DNA from: Gammaproteobacteria bacterium
GTDB taxonomy: Bacteria > Pseudomonadota > Gammaproteobacteria > UBA4575
Assembly (NCBI GenBank): GCA_033344735.1
Contig: JAWPMW010000001.1
Span: forward strand, 1,182,171-1,246,170
DNA: 64,000 nt
Reading direction: 5' to 3'
The notes under the pieces are model-generated. The model searched no databases. It was not told the origin of the DNA and was given only the letters and a program-made list of their open reading frames with translations. Of this stretch, positions 10,699-21,330 are shown piece by piece. Within the stretch, counting starts at the first letter, position 1. Each line of letters starts with the position of its first letter. Both the position numbers and the translations under genes were made by a program.

Positions 10699-11423
10699 TA
10701 TTTTTCACTCACTACTGACGTGCCTACATCTTCGCCCAGCGCGATACGTTTTAGGTCACCTTGATTAAACATATTAAAGACTCTTAGCGGTATCTTATTA
10801 TCTCTGCACATTACGATAGCAGTAGCATCCATTACTTTTAGTTTATCACCCAATACTTGATCATAAGTTAATTGCTTATATAACTTTGCACTAGAATTCA
10901 TTGCTGGATCAGAATCATATACACCATCAACTTTTGTTGCCTTTAACATTAAATCTGCATTTATTTCAGTTGCTCTAAGACTTGCCGCAGAATCAGTTGT
11001 GAAGTATGGATTGCCAGTGCCTGCTGCAAATACCACAACTCGGCCTTTTTCTAAATGTCGCACTGCACGACGACGAATATAATCTTCACATACTTGATTA
11101 ATTTTAAGCGCAGACATAACTCGACAATGTAAACCTTGTCTCTCCACTGCGTCTTGGAGTGCTAAACAGTTAATTACTGTAGCCAACATGCCCATATGAT
11201 CGCCAGTCACGCGATCCATACCTCCCTGCGCAAGCCCAGCCCCTCGAAATATATTGCCACCACCAATAACAACTGCAACCTGCACATCTAAGCGGATCAA
11301 TTCAGCTATTTCTTTAGCAACACGCGTGATTACCTCTGGGTCAATGCCATAATCAAACTTACCCATGAGCGCTTCACCGCTTAGCTTCAGTAGAATCCGT
11401 TTAAACTTAGGTTCTTCAGACAT
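10698..11423 (-). CDS. pyrH: UMP kinase
   Basis: 241 aa amino-acid kinase fold ([12 protein letters not shown]...). It lies in the rpsB-tsf-pyrH-frr block. Confidence 0.9.
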   Translation of the reverse strand: MSEEPKFKRILLKLSGEALMGKFDYGIDPEVITRVAKEIAELIRLDVQVAVVIGGGNIFRGAGLAQGGMDRVTGDHMGMLATVINCLALQDAVERQGLHCRVMSALKINQVCEDYIRRRAVRHLEKGRVVVFAAGTGNPYFTTDSAASLRATEINADLMLKATKVDGVYDSDPAMNSSAKLYKQLTYDQVLGDKLKVMDATAIVMCRDNKIPLRVFNMFNQGDLKRIALGEDVGTSVVSEK

Positions 11424-11463
11424 TCACTAACCACCAATTATATTTCTTAATCTAACCGCGAAC

Positions 11464-11490
11464 AAAAACGGGGGCTAAGCCCCCGTTTTT
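11464..11490. terminator. Rho-independent terminator after tsf (bidirectional hairpin)
   Basis: A GC-rich 8 bp stem (acgggggc/gcccccgt) with a taa loop is flanked by A-run and T-run tracts. It lies 10 nt downstream of the tsf stop on the minus strand. Confidence 0.6.
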
Positions 11491-11500
11491 GTTGTTAAGC

Positions 11501-12382
11501 TTAGCCGTTCTTGACTTGAGCCATGACTTCTTCTGCGAAGTTCTCAGTCTTTTTCTCAATACCTTCGCCAACTTCATATCGATGGAATGAGATAACACTT
11601 GCTGAATTTTCTTTCAGTAATTTAGCAACTGACTTATCAGGATCTTTCACAAAAGGCTGACCCATCAATGTAATCTCACCAAGGAATTTCTTAATTTGGC
11701 CTGAAACCATTTTTTCAATGATCTCTGCAGGTTTGCCGCTGCTTTCAGCTTTAGCCATAAAGATATCTTTTTCTTTCTCTAGCACTTCCTCTGACACACC
11801 ATTTTCATCAATGCAGATCGGCTTACTTGCCGCAACATGCATCGCGATATCCTTGCACAGTTCGTCATTGCCGCCTTCCATTTCAACCATGACGCCGATA
11901 CGACTGCCATGCATATACTTTCCTAATGAGCCATTGCCTGAAGATACTTTTGTAAAGCGTCGAATTTGAATGTTTTCACCAATCTTACTAACCAAAGCAA
12001 GACGCGCTGATTCCACTGTTTCGCCACTAGCAAGTGTCGCATTCAATAATTCATCGACGTTTTCTAGATTCTGAGTCAATGCAGTAGATGCCACTTCATT
12101 ACTGAAGCTTAAAAAATTCTCATCTTTACCTACGAAATCAGTTTCACAGTTAACTTCAATAATGACACCGCTTTTAGCGTCGTCACTGATTGAAATAACC
12201 ACTGTACCTTCTGCAGCAACTCGAGAGGCTTTTTTATCAGCTTTAGCTTGCCCAGACTTACGCATTAGCTCGATAGCAGCTTCCATGTCACCGCCACTTT
12301 CAGTTAATGCCTTTTTACATTCCATCATGCCTGCGCCAGTACGCTCACGCAGTTCTTTAACCATTGAAGCAGTAATTTGCAT
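11501..12382 (-). CDS. tsf: Elongation factor Ts
   Basis: 293 aa starting MQITASMVKELRERTGAGMMECKKAL, the EF-Ts N-terminal UBA-like signature. Confidence 0.9.
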   Translation of the reverse strand: MQITASMVKELRERTGAGMMECKKALTESGGDMEAAIELMRKSGQAKADKKASRVAAEGTVVISISDDAKSGVIIEVNCETDFVGKDENFLSFSNEVASTALTQNLENVDELLNATLASGETVESARLALVSKIGENIQIRRFTKVSSGNGSLGKYMHGSRIGVMVEMEGGNDELCKDIAMHVAASKPICIDENGVSEEVLEKEKDIFMAKAESSGKPAEIIEKMVSGQIKKFLGEITLMGQPFVKDPDKSVAKLLKENSASVISFHRYEVGEGIEKKTENFAEEVMAQVKNG

Positions 12383-12412
12383 ATCTAAAACCCTATCTTG
12401 TAAATGTAACTT

Positions 12413-13300
12413 TTACTCTGCAGCATCTGCTGATTCAGAAGCATCTTTTTCCTCAGCTTTAGGCTCTTCAACTTTAGGCTTCCGTGCTGCTTTCTTTTTA
12501 ACCGCGACTTTCTTTTTAGCCACCTTCTTTTTAGGCTTAGGTGCTTCTTCAGATTCAGCTTTAGCTTTAGCCTCGTCCACTTCTACAAACTCATCTTCAT
12601 CACCAGTGAGTGTCTGTGAACTTGCTTTAGCCTCTATAATGGCTTCAGCAGTCGCCGACGCATATAATTGGATAGCACGTATTGCATCATCATTTCCAGG
12701 GATAACATAATCAACGCCTTCAAGGGGGTTGTTAGTATCAACAACAGCAACCACAGGAATGCCTAATTTCATCGCCTCTTTAATAGCAATTTCTTCGTAC
12801 CCAACATCGATCACGAATAATACATCCGGCAGCACATTCATATTTTTAATGCCACCCAAACTGCGGTGTAATTTTTCAACATCACGACGAATAGTCAGTA
12901 ATTCTTTCTTTCCAAGCCTTTCAGAGCCATTTCCCTCTAAAGTCTCTTCTTGATCCTTTAGACGCTTAATAGACTGCTTAACTGTATGGAAATTAGTCAG
13001 CATACCGCCTAACCAGCGGTGATTTACATAAGGCATACCACAACGCTCAGCTTCCGCTTTCACAGTATCGCGAGCAGAACGCTTTGTGCCTACAAAAAGC
13101 ACTTTGCCTCCATTAGCAGCCATTTTTCCTAGATAATTCAATGCATCGCCAAACATAGGTAGCGATTTTTCTAAATTGATAATATGGATCTTATTACGCT
13201 CCCCAAAGATATAGGGGGCCATTTTTGGATTCCAGTAACGGGTTTGATGCCCGAAATGCACGCCAGCTTCTAACATCTGGCGCATAGTGACGTCAGTCAT
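12413..13300 (-). CDS. rpsB: 30S ribosomal protein S2 with Lys/Ala-rich C-terminal extension
   Basis: 295 aa. The N-terminal ~235 aa match S2 ([19 protein letters not shown]...). The last ~55 aa form a low-complexity [20 protein letters not shown] tail. Confidence 0.9.
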   Translation of the reverse strand: MTDVTMRQMLEAGVHFGHQTRYWNPKMAPYIFGERNKIHIINLEKSLPMFGDALNYLGKMAANGGKVLFVGTKRSARDTVKAEAERCGMPYVNHRWLGGMLTNFHTVKQSIKRLKDQEETLEGNGSERLGKKELLTIRRDVEKLHRSLGGIKNMNVLPDVLFVIDVGYEEIAIKEAMKLGIPVVAVVDTNNPLEGVDYVIPGNDDAIRAIQLYASATAEAIIEAKASSQTLTGDEDEFVEVDEAKAKAESEEAPKPKKKVAKKKVAVKKKAARKPKVEEPKAEEKDASESADAAE

Positions 13301-13512
13301 GATATGTTACTCCTTAAGTAAGGGTTTTATACGTCCGCAGCCCCCATCCAGTAACCGATTGAGGATTTCTCCTGGCAATTGGCACCCCACTGAATGTGTC
13401 GAGCATGCGTGTAGATTTAAGATTTGCGCTTATCGCGCGCGCTTTATACCATAATCTGCTGGAATCAACAATTTAGAATCAAATAAAAAAGGATTTTGCT
13501 GACACATACATT

Positions 13513-14283
13513 ATGTCTATTCACATAAAAACACATGACGAAATAGAGAAGATGCGAGTTGCAGGACGATTAGCCTCTGAAGTCCTGCAAATGATTGGTG
13601 ATCATGTCAAACCCGGGGTCACTACTCAAAAATTAAACGATATTTGCCATGATTTCATTGTAAATACTCAAAAGGCTATTCCTGCTCCACTCAATTACAA
13701 AGGATTCCCACGCTCTGTATGCACATCAATTAATCACCAGGTGTGCCATGGTATTCCAGGCGATCGAGTACTCAAGGACGGCGATACTGTCAATATCGAT
13801 ATCACTGTGATTAAAGATGAATTTCACGGAGATACCAGCAAGATGTTCTATGTCGGCAAACCGACAGTTAAAGCACAGCGCTTAGTCGACCTGACCTACG
13901 AAGCCATGAGCACTGGTATAAAAATGGTCAAACCAGATGTCACACTAGGCGATATTGGTCATGCGATACAAACATTTGTAGAAAAGAATAACTGCTCAGT
14001 AGTTAGAGAATATTGTGGCCATGGTATAGGAAAAAATTTCCACGAAGATCCACAAGTCCTGCATTATGGCAAACCCAATAGTGGTGACAAATTAGTACCA
14101 GGCATGACGTTCACTATTGAGCCGATGGTCAACGCTGGTAAACGACATGTTCGCCTGCTGCCAGATCAATGGACAGTAGTCACAAAAGATCACAGCCTAT
14201 CTGCACAATGGGAGCATACAATTTTAGTTACAGATAATGGCTATGACGTATTAACGCGTCGCCCAGAAGAATCTTGGTCATAA
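13513..14283 (+). CDS. map: Methionine aminopeptidase type I
   Basis: 256 aa with the pita-bread fold metal ligands pattern (HGIPGDRVLKDGD...HGIG...). It is divergent from rpsB as in many proteobacteria. Confidence 0.9.
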   Translation: MSIHIKTHDEIEKMRVAGRLASEVLQMIGDHVKPGVTTQKLNDICHDFIVNTQKAIPAPLNYKGFPRSVCTSINHQVCHGIPGDRVLKDGDTVNIDITVIKDEFHGDTSKMFYVGKPTVKAQRLVDLTYEAMSTGIKMVKPDVTLGDIGHAIQTFVEKNNCSVVREYCGHGIGKNFHEDPQVLHYGKPNSGDKLVPGMTFTIEPMVNAGKRHVRLLPDQWTVVTKDHSLSAQWEHTILVTDNGYDVLTRRPEESWS

Positions 14284-16971
14284 ATGCCAAATTTAACTCC
14301 CCCGCCAGTATTTATTTCAAAACATGAATGGTGGCCAAGCGAAGATGAGCAATGGATTAATTTCAAATTATCTCCGCTTAAACATAAAGAGTTGGTACGA
14401 ACCATTCAAGAAGCAGTGATTGATGCATTCAACGAAGGCACTGCAATTTCAGAAATCATCATCGGCTACGCCATCACAATTGACTACCTATTATGGTACG
14501 CATGGTTTACTCACGATCTTCATAAAACCAATGCTACTTTACTAGCCGTAGGAGGTTATGGTCGCTCTGAGCTGCACTTGCACTCAGATATCGACTTAAT
14601 GTTATTACTAGACAAAAATTTTAATGACAAAGATAAAGAAAAACTCTCATCTTTTTTAACTTTCTTATGGGATAGTGGATTAGATGTAGGCCACTCTGTT
14701 AGAACTGTTAAAGAAGCTGTCACTGAAGCCAAGAAAGACATTACTATTATTAGCAGCATATTAGAAGCTAGACCCCTATGTGGAAACATCACTCTATTTA
14801 AAGAATTAAAAAAAGCCACAGCAAGTAATAAAATTTGGAACAGCAAAAAATTTTACTACGCCAAAAAAGAAGAAATGCAGGCTCGCCATAGAAAATATGG
14901 CGATACTCTTTACCAGCTAGAGCCAAATATCAAAGAAGGTCCTGGCGGCATGCGTGACATACAATTTATCGACTGGGTAACCAAACGTCATTTTGGTAAT
15001 CGCGCGCTCAGTGACTTAGTTGGGAAAGGTTTTTTACTGGAAGAAGAATACAACTCGCTGAAATTCGCGCAAGAATACCTGTGGAAAATGCGCTTCTCTC
15101 TTTACTTGATAACACGTCGCAAAGAGGAACGATTACTCTTCGATCACCAAGTAGCACTAGCCCGTGAAGCTGGTCATACCAACTCCAACTCGAACTTGGC
15201 AGTTGAACTATATATGCAGAATTATTATCGACATATCAGCGAATGCTACAAACTAATCGAATTACTACAAGAACATTTTGAAGAAACATGCATCCCCAGT
15301 ATTTCATGGAAAAAGCAAAAGAATATTGGCAATCATTTTTATTCCACTGGCGATATATTACACGCTAAAAGTAAAACACTTTTTCAAGACCGGCCAAGTG
15401 CTTTCTTAGAATTATTTCTTACCCTTCAAACTCACGAACATATAATTAAAGTTAGCAGCAACACCATCAGAGCCATACGTAAAAATCTTCATCTTATAGA
15501 CAATGATTTTCGCAATAACATCAAACATAAAAAATTATTTATCGATATTCTACGACAACCAAAACGGATAGCTAGAGAAGTATCTCGCATGCACCGCTTA
15601 GGGGTGCTCGCTGCCTACTGGCCAGCATTTGCTAGAATCGTTGGGCGTATGCAATATGACTTGTACCACGTATACACCGTCGACCATCACATCCTTACCG
15701 TACTTAAAGAGACTCGTAGACTTGGAGACAATAAACGTACTGAGGATGACATTAGCGCCATCTACCATAAGTTACCGAAGTTAGAGATTCTATATTTAGC
15801 TGCGCTTTTTCACGACATCGGCAAAGGACGCGACGGTGATCATTCATCTGAAGGATCGCAAGATGCTATCGATTTTTGTCTCGCGCATGGCTTAAGTCAA
15901 TTTGATACATCTATAGTTAGCTGGTTAGTTGAAAATCATTTAGTTATGTCTATCACCGCACAACATAAAGACTTAAGCGACCCAACTGTTGTGCAAGAAT
16001 TTGCAGAGAAAGTTGCTAACGCTACCCGACTCGACTATTTATACTTGCTTACCATCGCAGATATTAAAGGCACCAACCCTACTTTATGGAATAGTTGGCG
16101 AGCTACATTACTGGCAGATTTATACAAATTTACTTCATTTCAATTACGTGCTGAGTTACCCAGAAACCATGATGAAATTATCCATGAAATTAAGTCATCT
16201 GCACTTAGCTTATTAAAAGATAAAGGACATGACCAACAAAACTGTGAAAACTTATGGTCGCAACTCAACGAAGACTACTTTCTGCGTCACACTGATACCG
16301 AAATTGCCTGGCATTCCGATATTGCACTAAGTGCAAAGCAAGACACAGACACCCAGGTACATGTTCGTCAATTAATACGCCGAGGCTCAACTGAAATATT
16401 TATATACACACCTGATCGTCATAACCTATTTGCGAATATTACTAACAGCCTTTACAGATCGGGCTTAAGTATTTTAGATGCACGCATAATCACTTCAGAA
16501 AATGGCCAGACATTCAACACATTCTCTGTCGTAGATCATAACGAAGAACCTATTACCAACAATAATCAATTAAACAGAATAAAGGCTGACATCAACAAAT
16601 CTTTATTGCTCACCGAGCTTGCAGACAACTCTACGTCTAAGTTTGTTTCAAGCCGATTACGACACTTCCAGATGACACCAACAATTAGCATTCAAAGCGC
16701 AAAACATCTAGATTACACAAGCATGCATATCCATGCGACTGATCATCCCGGATTACTTGCCAAAGTTGCAGAAGCATTCGCTATACTTGGTATCAATGTA
16801 ATTAGCGCGCGTGTTAGCACCCTCGGTGAAAAAGTGCATGATATTTTCCACATTACCAATAAAGATGGCAAAAAAATATTAGACGTGAAAGAACAACAAA
16901 TAGTCATTGACATGGTAACTAAAAAAATCAGCAAAGTCGCTGACGAAACACCAAGCAGCATCAGCGTTTAA
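14284..16971 (+). CDS. glnD: Bifunctional uridylyltransferase/uridylyl-removing enzyme (PII regulator)
   Basis: 895 aa with an N-terminal nucleotidyltransferase domain, a central HD domain (HDIGKG) and two C-terminal ACT domains. Its start abuts the map stop. Confidence 0.85.
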   Translation: MPNLTPPPVFISKHEWWPSEDEQWINFKLSPLKHKELVRTIQEAVIDAFNEGTAISEIIIGYAITIDYLLWYAWFTHDLHKTNATLLAVGGYGRSELHLHSDIDLMLLLDKNFNDKDKEKLSSFLTFLWDSGLDVGHSVRTVKEAVTEAKKDITIISSILEARPLCGNITLFKELKKATASNKIWNSKKFYYAKKEEMQARHRKYGDTLYQLEPNIKEGPGGMRDIQFIDWVTKRHFGNRALSDLVGKGFLLEEEYNSLKFAQEYLWKMRFSLYLITRRKEERLLFDHQVALAREAGHTNSNSNLAVELYMQNYYRHISECYKLIELLQEHFEETCIPSISWKKQKNIGNHFYSTGDILHAKSKTLFQDRPSAFLELFLTLQTHEHIIKVSSNTIRAIRKNLHLIDNDFRNNIKHKKLFIDILRQPKRIAREVSRMHRLGVLAAYWPAFARIVGRMQYDLYHVYTVDHHILTVLKETRRLGDNKRTEDDISAIYHKLPKLEILYLAALFHDIGKGRDGDHSSEGSQDAIDFCLAHGLSQFDTSIVSWLVENHLVMSITAQHKDLSDPTVVQEFAEKVANATRLDYLYLLTIADIKGTNPTLWNSWRATLLADLYKFTSFQLRAELPRNHDEIIHEIKSSALSLLKDKGHDQQNCENLWSQLNEDYFLRHTDTEIAWHSDIALSAKQDTDTQVHVRQLIRRGSTEIFIYTPDRHNLFANITNSLYRSGLSILDARIITSENGQTFNTFSVVDHNEEPITNNNQLNRIKADINKSLLLTELADNSTSKFVSSRLRHFQMTPTISIQSAKHLDYTSMHIHATDHPGLLAKVAEAFAILGINVISARVSTLGEKVHDIFHITNKDGKKILDVKEQQIVIDMVTKKISKVADETPSSISV

Positions 16972-16977
16972 TATCTC

Positions 16978-18177
16978 ATGGATCCCAACCTAAACAAACT
17001 ACAACCATATCCTTTTGAAAAATTACGCGCGCTGTTTTCAAAAGGCACTCAAAATAGCGGCTTAGAAAACATCAATCTATCCATAGGAGAGCCTAAAAGC
17101 CCAACACCTGTCTTCATCAAAGAAGCCATGTCAAACAACTTGAATTACCTAGCCAATTATCCAAAAACTAAAGGCGAACTATTATTACGAACCGCCATCA
17201 CTGACTGGTTATTAAATCGATTTTCTTTGCCCAAAAATTCGATCAATCCTGAACAACATATCTTGCCTGTCAACGGCACACGCGAAGCATTGTTTGCGAT
17301 TGCACAAACAGTTATAGACCGAAGTCAAAATGCAAAAGTCCTTTTACCTAATCCGTTTTACCAAATATATGAAGGCGCTGCTTATCTAGCTGGCGCCGAA
17401 CCTGTGTATATTGATTTCACTGTCATTAATGGTGAAGTCCCTGGCATTAATCAAGTCAGCGAACAAACTTGGCAACAAACTCAACTGCTATATATATGCA
17501 CCCCATCTAATCCAACCGGTGATATTATCCCTTTAACAACTCTGCAAAAGCTACTTAATTTAGCCCATCTGCATGACTTCGTGATTTGTTCAGATGAATG
17601 TTATTCAGAAATTTATATGGACGAAAACAACCCACCCCAAGGACTTTTAAAGGCATGTGTCGCCAATGGAGATGATTGCTACAGACGTTGTTTAGCATTT
17701 TACAGTTTATCCAAACGTAGTAATTCTCCCGGCTTGCGCTCCGGTTTTGTTGTCGGTGACACTAACATCATCGCTCAATTCCTTAAATACCGCACCTACC
17801 ACGGCTGTGCCATGCCCATCAGCACCCAACTAGCCAGCGCTGCGGCTTGGGGAGATGAAACTCATGTACAAACCAATCGTGCACGCTATCAACAGAGCTT
17901 TAACTACGCCATAGAAGAGATTTCTAGAGAAATTGAGGTTAAACAACCTCATGCTGGATTTTATTTGTGGCTACCCACCCCGATAGATGATGAACAATTC
18001 GCTCTTGGGTTATACTCCCAGCAAAATGTCACGGTGCTGCCTGGCAAATATCTTGCGCGTTCAGTGAACAATCAAAATCCCGGCACCAATCGAGTCAGAA
18101 TTGCATTAGTTGCGACTCCTGAGGAGTGTAAAACTGCTGCACAAAGAATTACCACTTATATAAAAAGCATATGTTAA
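16978..18177 (+). CDS. dapC: Class I/II PLP aminotransferase, probable succinyldiaminopimelate aminotransferase
   Basis: 399 aa aminotransferase fold with the SKRSNSPGLRSG PLP-lysine region. It sits between glnD and dapD, as in the glnD-dapC-dapD arrangement of Pseudomonas-type genomes. Confidence 0.6.
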   Translation: MDPNLNKLQPYPFEKLRALFSKGTQNSGLENINLSIGEPKSPTPVFIKEAMSNNLNYLANYPKTKGELLLRTAITDWLLNRFSLPKNSINPEQHILPVNGTREALFAIAQTVIDRSQNAKVLLPNPFYQIYEGAAYLAGAEPVYIDFTVINGEVPGINQVSEQTWQQTQLLYICTPSNPTGDIIPLTTLQKLLNLAHLHDFVICSDECYSEIYMDENNPPQGLLKACVANGDDCYRRCLAFYSLSKRSNSPGLRSGFVVGDTNIIAQFLKYRTYHGCAMPISTQLASAAAWGDETHVQTNRARYQQSFNYAIEEISREIEVKQPHAGFYLWLPTPIDDEQFALGLYSQQNVTVLPGKYLARSVNNQNPGTNRVRIALVATPEECKTAAQRITTYIKSIC

Positions 18178-18188
18178 GGAAAATCTAA

Positions 18189-19013
18189 ATGAGCAATATT
18201 CAAGATGTTATCGAAGGCGCGTTCGAAGACCGCGCAAATATCTCGCCTAGCAATGTCAGCAGTGAGGTTAAAGTAGCTGTGATTGATGCTATCGGTCAAC
18301 TTGATTCTGGTAAAGCGCGTGTTGCTGAAAAAATTAATAGTGAATGGATTGTTAATGACTGGTTGAAAAAAGCCGTACTTCTATCTTTTCGCATTGAGGA
18401 AAACAGCGTCATGCCAGGCGGTGCCGCTCAATACTACGATAAAGTACCACCAAAGTTCGCCAACCAATCTGCTGAAGAATTTGAAAAAATGGGTGTGCGC
18501 ATTGTGCCAAATGCAATGGCAAGACGCGGATCATATATAGCACCCAATACGGTATTAATGCCGAGCTTTGTAAATATCGGAGCCTATGTAGATACCGGCA
18601 CTATGGTAGACACATGGGTGACCGTAGGCTCATGTGCTCAGATCGGTAAAAATGTTCACCTTTCTGGAGGTGTTGGCATTGGTGGTGTTTTAGAGCCATT
18701 ACAAGCCGCTCCAACTATCATTGAAGACAACTGCTTTATCGGCGCACGTTCCGAAGTAGTTGAAGGAGTCATCGTTGAACAAGGCGCTGTTATTTCAATG
18801 GGCGTTTACATAGGTAAGAGTACAAAGATTTATAACCGCGAAACTGGCGAAGTGACTTACGGTCGCATCCCGGCAGGTTCTGTCGTTGTATCTGGGAACT
18901 TACCCTCTAAAGACGGCAAGTACAGTTTGTACTGTGTAGTAATCGTGAAACAGGTAGACGAGAAGACTCGCAGCAAAGTTGGCATTAACGAATTGCTACG
19001 TAGCATCGACTAA
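18189..19013 (+). CDS. dapD: Tetrahydrodipicolinate N-succinyltransferase
   Basis: 274 aa with a C-terminal hexapeptide-repeat LbH domain. It is adjacent to dapC and dapE. Confidence 0.85.
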   Translation: MSNIQDVIEGAFEDRANISPSNVSSEVKVAVIDAIGQLDSGKARVAEKINSEWIVNDWLKKAVLLSFRIEENSVMPGGAAQYYDKVPPKFANQSAEEFEKMGVRIVPNAMARRGSYIAPNTVLMPSFVNIGAYVDTGTMVDTWVTVGSCAQIGKNVHLSGGVGIGGVLEPLQAAPTIIEDNCFIGARSEVVEGVIVEQGAVISMGVYIGKSTKIYNRETGEVTYGRIPAGSVVVSGNLPSKDGKYSLYCVVIVKQVDEKTRSKVGINELLRSID

Positions 19014-19018
19014 ATCAT

Positions 19019-19360
19019 ATGATCACCGTCTACGGTATTAAAAATTGCGATACTGTAAAAAAAGCATGTAACTGGTTTTCGAAAAACAACATCGACTATC
19101 AGTTTCATGACTTTCGCAAAGATGGATTAAGCCAAGCCAAACTTAAACAATGGGCTAGCAAAGTCGATTGGGAAATATTACTTAATCGTCGCGGCACCAC
19201 CTGGCGAAAAATCTCAGACCTGGAAAAAGAAAGCATCAACAAAACTAACGCAATTAAACTAATGGCTGAGCAACCCACACTGATCAAACGTCCAGTGATA
19301 GAACATAATAGCAATGTGCTCGTTGGATTCTCAGAAGACACTTACAAAGTAACGTTTTAA
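19019..19360 (+). CDS. ArsC-family (Spx/YffB-like) thioredoxin-fold protein
   Basis: 113 aa starting [16 protein letters not shown], with the CxxV/T active-site context of the ArsC/Spx family. The yffB-dapE adjacency is conserved in gammaproteobacteria. Confidence 0.7.
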   Translation: MITVYGIKNCDTVKKACNWFSKNNIDYQFHDFRKDGLSQAKLKQWASKVDWEILLNRRGTTWRKISDLEKESINKTNAIKLMAEQPTLIKRPVIEHNSNVLVGFSEDTYKVTF

Positions 19361-19376
19361 TATACAATTTAATGGC

Positions 19377-20504
19377 GTGAGCAAAACACTAGAACTTAGC
19401 AAGCAACTCATACAAAAACCTTCTGTTACCCCCAAAGACGAAGGTTGTCTAGATTTGCTCGCCGAACGATTAGCTGCCAGTGGATTCACTACGGAAAATT
19501 TGCCGTTTGAAGATGTCTCCAATGCATGGATACGCAAAGGCTCTGAAGCACCTCTATTCGTATTTGCAGGTCATACTGATGTTGTACCAACTGGCCCAGA
19601 AGAACAGTGGACCTACCCGCCCTTTGCAGCAACTGTAGTAGACGGCCAATTACACGGTCGTGGATCAGCAGATATGAAAACTGGCATTGCTGCTATGGTG
19701 GTTGCTGTTGAAGAATTTATTGAAGAAAATCCCGACCATAAAGGATCAATAGCATTCTTATTAACAAGCGACGAAGAAGGCCCATCTATAAATGGCACTG
19801 TCAAGGTAGTTGAGCATTTACAAAACAATAACATTAATATTGATTACTGTTTGGTGGGCGAGCCTTCCAGCACCAATATCGTAGGCGACGTAATAAAAAA
19901 TGGGCGTCGCGGCTCATTGTGTGCACACTTAAAAATTATTGGCAAACAAGGTCATGTTGCCTATCCACATCTGGCAAACAACCCAATCCATATTATTTCT
20001 GATTTGTTAGCTGAGCTAACTAAAATTGAATGGGACAAAGGCAACGATCACTTCCCTGCCACCTCATTTCAAATTTCAAACATTCAATCTGGTACAGGTG
20101 CAGAAAATGTAATCCCGGCGACTGCAGAAGCCTCATTCAACTTGCGCTTTTCTACTGAAATAACAGAAGACGAAATTAAACAGCGCATTGAACAAATCAT
20201 CAATGGCAAAAACATTCAACACGAACTCACCTGGCGATTGTCAGGCAACCCTTTCCTAACGCCAAAAGGAAAACTCGTTGAAGCCTGTCAACATGCAATT
20301 AAAACTATTACAGGCACAGAGACTGAATTATCTACCGGCGGAGGCACTTCTGACGGACGCTTTATTGCACCCACAGGTGCAGAGGTGGTTGAGCTTGGAG
20401 TTGTCAATGCCACTATTCATCAAATTGATGAACATACTAATATCGACGAACTTAATCGGCTTAAAAATATTTACAAGGAATTGATAAAGTCACTGTATGG
20501 TTAG
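19377..20504 (+). CDS. dapE: Succinyl-diaminopimelate desuccinylase
   Basis: 375 aa M20 peptidase fold ([15 protein letters not shown], dimerisation domain). It completes the dapC/dapD/dapE cluster. Confidence 0.85.
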   Translation: MSKTLELSKQLIQKPSVTPKDEGCLDLLAERLAASGFTTENLPFEDVSNAWIRKGSEAPLFVFAGHTDVVPTGPEEQWTYPPFAATVVDGQLHGRGSADMKTGIAAMVVAVEEFIEENPDHKGSIAFLLTSDEEGPSINGTVKVVEHLQNNNINIDYCLVGEPSSTNIVGDVIKNGRRGSLCAHLKIIGKQGHVAYPHLANNPIHIISDLLAELTKIEWDKGNDHFPATSFQISNIQSGTGAENVIPATAEASFNLRFSTEITEDEIKQRIEQIINGKNIQHELTWRLSGNPFLTPKGKLVEACQHAIKTITGTETELSTGGGTSDGRFIAPTGAEVVELGVVNATIHQIDEHTNIDELNRLKNIYKELIKSLYG

Positions 20505-20519
20505 TTGGATAGTCTAACA

Positions 20520-21299
20520 TTACTCTCCCTGCTCCCACACTTGCAAAAATTCTTCTAAATGATTCTCACCAGAATCACGTAACAGTTGCTTTACTCGTTC
20601 TAGTTTTTGTTCTAACAATCCACGACTACAGCGCCCACGAATCATTTCGAATTGCAGATAGACTAGATAAGTATTAAGCACATCAGTTTCGCAGTAATTA
20701 CGAATCTCATCGATAGCGCCTTCTTGGAATTTCTCCCACACCAAACTACCATCCATTCCAAACTTGCCTGGAAAACCTAGCATGGTAGCAATTTGGTCTA
20801 ATTTAGCACCCGCTCTGGGTTGAAAATTTCCAAGCACATCCATTAAATCGGTATGCCGCCAATGGAAACGGCTAATATAATTATTGTAACGAAATGAACT
20901 GTCATCGTCGCCAGTCTCCCAGTAACGAGGTGCTTGCACACCATGCAATAATGAACGGTAATTCAATACCGGCAAATCAAAGCCGCCTCCATTCCAACTG
21001 ACTAACGTGGGTGTATGTTGCTCTATGCCTTCATAGAAGCGTTGAATAATTTCTTTCTCACCGGAATCTTTATTACCTAGCGACCAAACTTTAAGCTGAT
21101 CACGGTTTTCAAATAATACCGATATCGCCACAATTTTTTGTAAATGTAGCGGCATGAATTCTGAACCAGATTTTTGAAACTGAAGATGTTGCATGGCTTT
21201 CACCACATCTTTGTCTGAAAGATCATCAGTTAATTTATGGATTTTCCTTCCCGCTTCATAGTCTGGGACGGACTCGATATCAAATACGAGTATACTCAT
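20520..21299 (-). CDS. Predicted DEDDy 3'-5' exonuclease related to the PolB exonuclease domain
   Basis: 259 aa with an FDIES (Exo I), WNGGGFDLPVL (Exo II) and YCETDVLNTY (Exo III, YxxxD) motif pattern. Confidence 0.55.
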   Translation of the reverse strand: MSILVFDIESVPDYEAGRKIHKLTDDLSDKDVVKAMQHLQFQKSGSEFMPLHLQKIVAISVLFENRDQLKVWSLGNKDSGEKEIIQRFYEGIEQHTPTLVSWNGGGFDLPVLNYRSLLHGVQAPRYWETGDDDSSFRYNNYISRFHWRHTDLMDVLGNFQPRAGAKLDQIATMLGFPGKFGMDGSLVWEKFQEGAIDEIRNYCETDVLNTYLVYLQFEMIRGRCSRGLLEQKLERVKQLLRDSGENHLEEFLQVWEQGE

Positions 21300-21330
21300 T
21301 TTAATTTATATTCGTTTCCGTAAAAGTGAC

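Noticed and set aside
12162-12710. 182 aa plus-strand ORF spanning the tsf/rpsB region
   Set aside because: It is entirely antisense to two highly conserved ribosomal-protein/EF-Ts genes. The translation is low-complexity Ser/Ala-rich with no motifs, so it is treated as a frame artefact.
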